DNA of 64,000 nt. It comes from an uncultured cyanobacterium (GTDB lineage Bacteria > Cyanobacteriota > Cyanobacteriia > CAKZMO01). Positions within the stretch are counted from its first letter, which is position 1; each line of letters begins with the position of its first letter. The stretch covers positions 32,001-96,000 of the forward strand of contig CAVRCJ010000015.1 of NCBI GenBank assembly GCA_963719515.1. The letters are read 5' to 3'. Under the pieces are notes generated by a model, which had not been told where the DNA came from, searched no databases, and saw only the letters and a list, made by a program, of their open reading frames with translations. Positions 57,776 through 64,000 of the stretch are shown piece by piece. Both the position numbers and the translations under genes were made by a program.

Positions 57776-60463
57776 ATGACTGATGCGTCGACAGACAACC
57801 AACAGCTGATTGAAGGCCTGCCCGAGCGCCTGATCAAGCACACCGTGCGCTATGCCGACTACCGCCAGGTAGAGCGCGATTGCCTTACCCCCATGTTTCA
57901 GCAGTATGTCGACGTTAAGGAGCAGCATCCTAACGCCCTGCTGCTCTACCGCATCGGCGACTTCTTTGAGACCTTCTTTCAAGATGCGATTTTGGTGGCC
58001 CGTGAGCTAGAGCTAGTCTTAACCAGCAAAGAAGCCGGTAAGGCGGTAGGCCGGGTGCCCCTAGCGGGCATTCCCCACCACGCGGTGGAGCGCTATTGTG
58101 CCCAGCTCCTGGAAAAAGGCTACGCGGTCGCGATTTGCGATCAGGTGGAGACGGCTAGCGAGGCCCAAGGTAAGCTGATGCGGCGGGAGGTGACCCGGGT
58201 GGTGACCCCCGGCACGATTCTGGAAGAGGGCATGCTGGACGCCCGCCGCAACAATTTTTTGGTGGCCGTGGTGATTGCGGGGCAGCATTGGGGCTTAGCC
58301 CATGCCGATGTCTCTACCGGAGAGTTCCTCACCACCCAGTCCACGGGATTAGATCAGCTCCACCAGGAGCTGATGCGCCTGTGGCCCTCGGAGGTGCTAG
58401 TGCCCACCAACGCCCCTGACCTGGGCGGCTTCCTAAGGCCGGGTGACACCTCGGAGCAGCTGCCCGACTGCCTGCCGCCCCGATTTTGCTACACCTTTCG
58501 CCCCCAAACGCCCTTTGTCCACAGCGAGGCCCGGCAGCGGCTGCTAGAGCGCTTTCGGCTGCGATCGCTGGAGGGTTTGGGCTGTGAGCGGCTGCCCCTA
58601 GCGGTGCGGGCAGCGGGCGGGCTCCTGCAGTACTTAGAGGACACCCAAAAGCGGGTGCCGGTGCTGCTGCAGCCGGTCTTTACCTATGCCCTTACGGAAT
58701 ATTTGGTGCTCGACCACCAAACCCGCCGCAACTTGGAAATTACCCAGACGACGCGGGATGGAACCTTCCACGGCTCCCTGCTCTGGGCGATAGATCGTAC
58801 GGTGACCGCTATGGGGGGGCGATCGCTGCGGCGCTGGCTGCTGCAGCCCCTGCTAGACCTCGGCGGTATCCACGCCCGCCAAGAGACCATCCAAGAGCTG
58901 ATCGACAATGGCCCTTTGCGGCAGGCCCTGCGGCAGATGCTCAAGCAGATTTACGATTTGGAGCGGCTGACGGGGCGAGCGGGGGCGGGCACCGCCAACG
59001 CGCGGGAAATCATTGCCCTAGCCGACTCGCTCACTAGGCTCCCTGACTTGGCCGCCCTAGTGCGAGAAGCCAAGTCCCCCTACCTGGCGGCCCTACAGCT
59101 AGTGCCCCCAGATCTAGAGCATTTGGGCCACCGACTGCTGGCCCACGTCGTGGAAAGTCCGCCCATCTATCTCACCGAGGGCAACCTAATTCGCGACGGG
59201 GTCCATGACGAGCTAGACCACATGCGCCAGCAGATCGCCGACGACCAGAACTGGATCGCCACTTTAGAGGCCGTGGAGCGCGATCGCACCGGCATCAGCA
59301 CTCTCAAGGTGGGCTTTAGCAAGACCTTTGGCTACTACATCAGCGTTTCCAGGAGTAAGCTGGACCAGGTCCCTGAGAACTATGACCGCAAACAAACGCT
59401 CACCAACGAAGAGCGCTACGTTACCGCTGAGCTCAAAGAGCGGGAAGACCGGGTGATGAAGGCCCGGACCCACATCAATGCCCTAGAATACGAAATTTTC
59501 GCCCAGCTGCGGGCTGAGGTGAGCACCTACGCCGACGACATTCGCACCGTGGCCCAAAGCATCGCGGCGGTAGACGTGCTGGCAGGGCTGTCAGAGGTGG
59601 CGCTCTATCAGGGGTACTGCCGCCCGCAAATGCTCCCAAGCCGCGAGATTGGCATTGATCAAGGCCGCCATCCGGTGGTAGAGCAGTCGCTGCCCGCAGG
59701 GTTCTTCGTGCCCAACGCCACGGCAATCGGCTCTGGTACGGCAGATACGCCCAGCGATCGCGGCGTCCCCGACCTGATTATCCTGACCGGCCCCAACGCC
59801 AGCGGCAAAAGCTGCTATCTCCGGCAGGTGGGGCTGATTCAGCTTATGGCCCAAACGGGAAGCTTTGTGCCCGCGACGGCGGCCGCCTTAGGAGTATGCG
59901 ATCGCATTTTCACCCGGGTGGGCGCTGTGGACGACCTCGCCACCGGTCAGTCTACTTTCATGGTGGAGATGAACGAAACTGCGAACATCCTCAACCACGC
60001 GACGGCCAAGTCCTTGGTCTTGCTGGATGAAATTGGTCGGGGCACGGCGACTTTTGACGGCCTGTCCATCGCCTGGGCTGTGGCCGAGCACCTGGCCAGC
60101 GACATCCGCGCCCGCACCATCTTCGCCACTCACTACCACGAGCTTAACGAGCTGGCCTCTTTGGTCTCTAACGTGGCCAACTACCAAGTCACCGTCAAGG
60201 AGATGCCCGACGAGATTATCTTTTTGCATCAGGTGCGTCCCGGCGGGGCAGATCGCTCCTATGGAATTGAGGCAGGGCGGCTTGCGGGGTTACCCACCTC
60301 TGTGATTCGGCGGGCGCGGGACGTGATGCGCCAAATTGAGAAGCACTCCCACATCGCGGTGGGGCTGCGGGGCCAGTCAACCCGCAGCCGCAAGCCCCCT
60401 CAGTCGGACGATACGGAGCAGCTGGGCTTTTTTGAAGGAGGCTCTGGCGACCAAAGCGATTGA
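57776..60463 (+). CDS. mutS: DNA mismatch repair protein MutS
   Basis: [48 protein letters not shown] and FATHYHEL. Confidence 0.98.
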   Translation: MTDASTDNQQLIEGLPERLIKHTVRYADYRQVERDCLTPMFQQYVDVKEQHPNALLLYRIGDFFETFFQDAILVARELELVLTSKEAGKAVGRVPLAGIPHHAVERYCAQLLEKGYAVAICDQVETASEAQGKLMRREVTRVVTPGTILEEGMLDARRNNFLVAVVIAGQHWGLAHADVSTGEFLTTQSTGLDQLHQELMRLWPSEVLVPTNAPDLGGFLRPGDTSEQLPDCLPPRFCYTFRPQTPFVHSEARQRLLERFRLRSLEGLGCERLPLAVRAAGGLLQYLEDTQKRVPVLLQPVFTYALTEYLVLDHQTRRNLEITQTTRDGTFHGSLLWAIDRTVTAMGGRSLRRWLLQPLLDLGGIHARQETIQELIDNGPLRQALRQMLKQIYDLERLTGRAGAGTANAREIIALADSLTRLPDLAALVREAKSPYLAALQLVPPDLEHLGHRLLAHVVESPPIYLTEGNLIRDGVHDELDHMRQQIADDQNWIATLEAVERDRTGISTLKVGFSKTFGYYISVSRSKLDQVPENYDRKQTLTNEERYVTAELKEREDRVMKARTHINALEYEIFAQLRAEVSTYADDIRTVAQSIAAVDVLAGLSEVALYQGYCRPQMLPSREIGIDQGRHPVVEQSLPAGFFVPNATAIGSGTADTPSDRGVPDLIILTGPNASGKSCYLRQVGLIQLMAQTGSFVPATAAALGVCDRIFTRVGAVDDLATGQSTFMVEMNETANILNHATAKSLVLLDEIGRGTATFDGLSIAWAVAEHLASDIRARTIFATHYHELNELASLVSNVANYQVTVKEMPDEIIFLHQVRPGGADRSYGIEAGRLAGLPTSVIRRARDVMRQIEKHSHIAVGLRGQSTRSRKPPQSDDTEQLGFFEGGSGDQSD

Positions 60464-61779
60464 TCTGGGGCCTGCTTTGAGACTTGTGGGGTCTGCGCCC
60501 GAGGCGATGGCCCGCTCGCATCCCCAGCGGCTTGCCCGGCCAACCAGCCTGTGGTCCAAGCGCTTTGGAAGTTGAAGCCCCCGGTAATGCCGTCAATGTC
60601 CAGTATTTCCCCTGCAAGGTAGAGGCCCGGACAGCGGCGGCTCTCCATCGTTTTGAAGTTCACCTCTGAGAGGCGCACGCCGCCGCAGGTCACAAATTCG
60701 TCCTTAAAGGTTCCTTTGCCCGCCACGGCAAACTCACCCCGTAAAAGCTGCTGTATGAGCTGGCGTAGAGCCGCCTTAGAAAACTGCGCCCACTGAGTTT
60801 TAGGGTCAGCGCCGATGCGATCGAGCAGGTAGCTCCACAGTCGTCGCGGCAGACGCTGCGCTAAAGCGGCAGGCGGCGATGCGATGGTCCGTCTTGGGGT
60901 CTGGGCTTTAGCCTCTGCAAACAGCTGCTGCACCCGCTCCTCGCTGTGGTCTGGTAGCCAGCTGACCTGCAGCTTGGTCTGATAGGCGCTGTCGTGCAGA
61001 TGACGCGCCCCCCAGGCGGAGAGCTTCAGAATTGCGGGGCCGCTGACGCCCCAGTGGGTAATGAGCAGCGGGCCCGTTTGCTTGAGGGATTTACCTTTGG
61101 GCAACCGCAGCTGCACGCAAACCGGATCGACGGCAACGCCAGCTAGGGCGTTCAGGGCCCTCTCGCGGATGTTGAGGGTGAAGAGGGACGGCACCGGTGG
61201 CTCGACGTGGTGGCCGAGCGCGCGGGCTAGAGCTTGCCCCTTGGCGCTGCTGCCGGTGGCTAAAATCACTCGGTCGGCTGTGAGCTCCGCGCTAGGTTCG
61301 GCCTTAGAACCGGCTTTAGAACCGGTTCTAAAGCCTAGGTGAAAGCGATCGCCTTGCTGAGTCAGACTGGCCACTGCCGCCCCGGTGCGCACCTCTACCC
61401 CGGCTCGCTGAGCCGATCGCTGCAGGCAGTCCACAATAGTGGCAGAATCATCGGTGACCGGAAACATCCGCCCATCTGCTTCGGTCTTGAGGCGTACGCC
61501 GCGATCGCCGAACCAATCGACAGTGTCCTGGGGCTGAAATCGACTGAAGGCTCCCCGCAGCGCCTTCCCCCCGCGAGGATAATAGGTGATGAGGCGCGCT
61601 GGGTCGAAGCAGGCGTGGGTCACATTGCAGCGTCCTCCCCCGGAGATGGCCACCTTAGCCAGGCAGCGGCGACCCGCCTCTAGCAGAACGACCCGAGCGA
61701 GGGGATGGGCTTCAGCGCAGGCGATCGCAGCAAAGAACCCCGCGGCCCCACCTCCCACTACGACAACGTTTAGCGCCAT
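60400..61779 (-). CDS. HI0933/BaiN-family NAD(P)/FAD-dependent oxidoreductase
   Basis: [42 protein letters not shown] and [20 protein letters not shown]. Its 3' end overlaps the mutS 3' end by 64 bp. Confidence 0.93.
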   Translation of the reverse strand: MALNVVVVGGGAAGFFAAIACAEAHPLARVVLLEAGRRCLAKVAISGGGRCNVTHACFDPARLITYYPRGGKALRGAFSRFQPQDTVDWFGDRGVRLKTEADGRMFPVTDDSATIVDCLQRSAQRAGVEVRTGAAVASLTQQGDRFHLGFRTGSKAGSKAEPSAELTADRVILATGSSAKGQALARALGHHVEPPVPSLFTLNIRERALNALAGVAVDPVCVQLRLPKGKSLKQTGPLLITHWGVSGPAILKLSAWGARHLHDSAYQTKLQVSWLPDHSEERVQQLFAEAKAQTPRRTIASPPAALAQRLPRRLWSYLLDRIGADPKTQWAQFSKAALRQLIQQLLRGEFAVAGKGTFKDEFVTCGGVRLSEVNFKTMESRRCPGLYLAGEILDIDGITGGFNFQSAWTTGWLAGQAAGDASGPSPRAQTPQVSKQAPDQSLWSPEPPSKKPSCSVSSD

Positions 61780-61988
61780 GTGTCCTCTAGCTTCCTCAGT
61801 AAACGTTTACATCGTACCGAGAATCTTTAAAGATTAGGACGACGCGGTACAGCATGACCCTTGCGGGGCATACTGGTACCCTATTGAGCCGCAGAACCAA
61901 TAAGACTGCCTTACTGCCAGCAGCCTAGACCGTTTGGGCTCTAAAGGCGCTCAGTGCTAGAGCCATCTGTTGTACCATAATTTGTAAT

Positions 61989-62036
61989 GTTTTATGAAGT
62001 GCAGGTTTTATGGAATGCAGGTTTTATGGGGTGCAC
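61989..62036 (+). repeat. 3 x 16 bp imperfect direct repeat upstream of ebsA
   Basis: GTTTTATGAAGTGCAG / GTTTTATGGAATGCAG / GTTTTATGGGGTGCAC. Confidence 0.8.
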
Positions 62037-62085
62037 TGTAGCGCCTGTTTTAAGAATTATTGGGTACCCGTAAGAGGAGATAAGT

Positions 62086-62460
62086 ATGTCTCTTAAGGAC
62101 TTAAAGCCAGCTGCTGAACGAGACGTAAACGTCTACAGTCCCTACTACCAGGGCAGAAAGCGTAGCGCGCTGCCCTACGCCATTAGCCTCTATCAGCGCG
62201 GCAATCTCGAAGGCGATCGCCAAATTGAGGGAGGAAACAGCATTCCCTTCTTGGCGACCTGGAACGTTTCGACGCTGCCCGCTGATCTAACGCGCTGTCG
62301 GATCCGATTTGATGACAATGAGGAGCTGAGCTACGAGCTCACTCTGGCAAACTTCGAGTTTGTCGATCACCTGATCGACGTGCTGTTCAGCGTGAAATCA
62401 GCGCAGATCACAGACTTCTCTCGGTCTTTCTATCGTAAGCTGCTGCGCTACGACGATTGA
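62086..62460 (+). CDS. ebsA: Type IV pilus biogenesis / biofilm-suppression protein EbsA
   Basis: V.VY.PYYQG.KR..LP.AISLY..G.LEG.R.IEGG..IPF.ATW and LP.DLT.C...FD...ELSYE. GAGGAG SD. Confidence 0.85.
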   Translation: MSLKDLKPAAERDVNVYSPYYQGRKRSALPYAISLYQRGNLEGDRQIEGGNSIPFLATWNVSTLPADLTRCRIRFDDNEELSYELTLANFEFVDHLIDVLFSVKSAQITDFSRSFYRKLLRYDD

Positions 62461-63023
62461 GGGGTCAAACTTCAGTTTAGAGACTGGAGTTTTTTGAAGA
62501 AGCTTCAGTTTCTGCCCCAAGACGAGATCTATAGAAAAAACGCCATAAACCCCATCGGCTTGAGCTGTCGTGTGTAAGGCGGTGAGCGCAGGAAACATAA
62601 GCGCATCTTACTTTAACGCCCTCAGAAACGACCAGGATGCACAGACGATAAGACGTTACGAGGTTAAGATTGAGATAGCGTTTAGAGGGATGATCTAGGT
62701 GATTTCTGCCGCCGAGCAGTAGCTTTTCGACATCAAGCTGGGTATCAATGGTCAACGGTAGGCCTCCGGACGAGGTATTTTGATCGGCGAATACCTTTAC
62801 TGCGCTCTGATCGCGTTTATGCCCCACTTCGGTGAACTTGTCAGCTGACCAGAGAACGCAGAGTATGCGCTAAGCCATCAGTTGACTTCGTTAGGTCGAC
62901 GGGCGCAAGCGCGATCGCGCCTTGAAGTACAACCCGTCTAGAGCAGTTATTGTGACTCCGTCTCAACCCGACCCTGGTACTCCCGTTTCCCCATCATCCC
63001 CAAGACCGCGTCACACTTCAGAA

Positions 63024-64000
63024 ATGGAGACGCTTCAATTCGTCAGCCTGAGGGTTAAGCTGCTCGTCGGGTTTAGCTTAATTTTCAGCATTGTTTTTGC
63101 AGGCGCGTTTTTCTGGTTCTACACATTTACAACGGACAAAACCATTTCTCGCCTGCGGGCTGACCTGCGCTCAACCCTGGAAGGGGCCGTAGAGGGCGTC
63201 GATGTTGACGAATTGATGGCTCTGTATGAAGACGGTGTCCCCAACAGCGACGGGTTTTCCGATGACCCCCGCTACCAAAATCAGCTTGAATGGTTTGAAA
63301 CCGTCAAGAGCATTGAGCCGCGGGCGTGGCTTTACTCCTTCGTCGTTGGCCCTGTAAGCGAAAATCGCCGCCGGGGAGAAGCAGCTGTTGCAGACGATCA
63401 GCTTGAGACCATCTTCTTAGTCGATCTATGGGTCGACTATGACCCCTCGAAGGCCGTCGGCTTTTTAGAGACGGACGAAGCCAGCTCTCGCCCTAGGGTA
63501 GTTATCGAAACGGGCGAACTGACGGAAGAGCCCGGCATCTACCCCGATGATTGGGGCACTTGGATGTCCGCCTTTGCCCCACTCAAAAACGACGAGGGTG
63601 AAGTGGTCGCGGTTCTGGGGCTCGATATCGAAGCTGACTACGTCTTCCAGCTTCAGGACCAAATTCGCAACCGCGTTTTGATGTCGTTTATTGTCACCTA
63701 CGGCATTCTGTTCGTGCTGATCTACGTGCTCTCAGGCTTCCTAACGCGGCATATTACTGAGCTGACGCGCTCCGCTGAGCAGATTGCGGCGGGAGACTAC
63801 ACGGAGGCGCTGTTCCTATCTCAACAAACGCGACTGTCTCAGCGGCGGGTGTCCCGATTCTCTTTTTGGAAAAAGGGCCAGCTGGAAAACGGGCTTCGGG
63901 ACGAAATGAGCGTTCTGGCCCAGGCCTTCACGGTGATGATCGAGAGCATCCGGCTGCGTGAGCAAATGATCCGCCGAGGTAAGAAGGTCGAAGACGAGAT
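63024..64000 (+). CDS. Membrane sensor protein with periplasmic domain and HAMP domain, 3' end cut by window edge
   Basis: Not in the ORF track because it has no stop in the window. METLQFVSLRVKLLVGFSLIFSIVFAGAFFWFY (TM1), ...WGTWMSAFAPLKNDEGEVVAVLGLD (Cache-like), TM2, then ITELTRSAEQIAAGDY...DEMSVLAQAF (HAMP). Confidence 0.82.
   Translation, partial: METLQFVSLRVKLLVGFSLIFSIVFAGAFFWFYTFTTDKTISRLRADLRSTLEGAVEGVDVDELMALYEDGVPNSDGFSDDPRYQNQLEWFETVKSIEPRAWLYSFVVGPVSENRRRGEAAVADDQLETIFLVDLWVDYDPSKAVGFLETDEASSRPRVVIETGELTEEPGIYPDDWGTWMSAFAPLKNDEGEVVAVLGLDIEADYVFQLQDQIRNRVLMSFIVTYGILFVLIYVLSGFLTRHITELTRSAEQIAAGDYTEALFLSQQTRLSQRRVSRFSFWKKGQLENGLRDEMSVLAQAFTVMIESIRLREQMIRRGKKVEDE

Larger units (their letters stand above)
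1..64000. repeat. HIP1 octamer GCGATCGC dispersed through the window
   Basis: The palindrome recurs many times in coding and intergenic DNA (e.g. 2281 and 5021). It is a known cyanobacterial genome signature. Not counted exactly. Confidence 0.9.

Noticed and set aside
62477..62827. 116-aa minus-strand ORF downstream of ebsA
   Set aside because: No recognisable domain or SD; cannot be supported as coding.

Overview
A 64 kb chromosomal segment from a GC-rich cyanobacterium. The HIP1 octamer GCGATCGC recurs throughout, and cyanobacteria-specific genes are present (ycf51, cruF/cruG, ebsA). Most of the window is housekeeping: rimM, smc, ssb-like, sufU, phoU, RNase R-like, ubiX, trhO, proB, mltG, ruvX, mutS, hppD and a polar amino-acid ABC transporter. 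There are five notable accessory features. (1) A long-form DDGS-type sedoheptulose-7-phosphate cyclase (mysA-like) is followed by a DUF6492-like DxD protein and an FkbM-like protein instead of mysB/mysC. (2) There are three IS200/IS605-family elements without tnpA: an intact tnpB element, a frameshifted tnpB element upstream of mutS, and a ~390 bp protein-free derivative with both ends and a promoter-like sequence, lying 24 bp upstream of the GNAT-ruvX-mltG-proB gene run. (3) A 22.4-27.2 kb variable hotspot holds a nested MITE/REP, an orphan ATP-dependent ligase, a small gene behind a strongly structured RBS-sequestering leader, a BrnT-type TA pair, two back-to-back truncated pseudogenes and a Uma2 nuclease. 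(4) An internally deleted IS1 lies next to an AT-rich GT2 gene. (5) Several single-base frameshifts fall at short homopolymers and may be assembly errors. No tRNA, rRNA or CRISPR array was seen. All calls come from motif recognition by eye; no searches were run.
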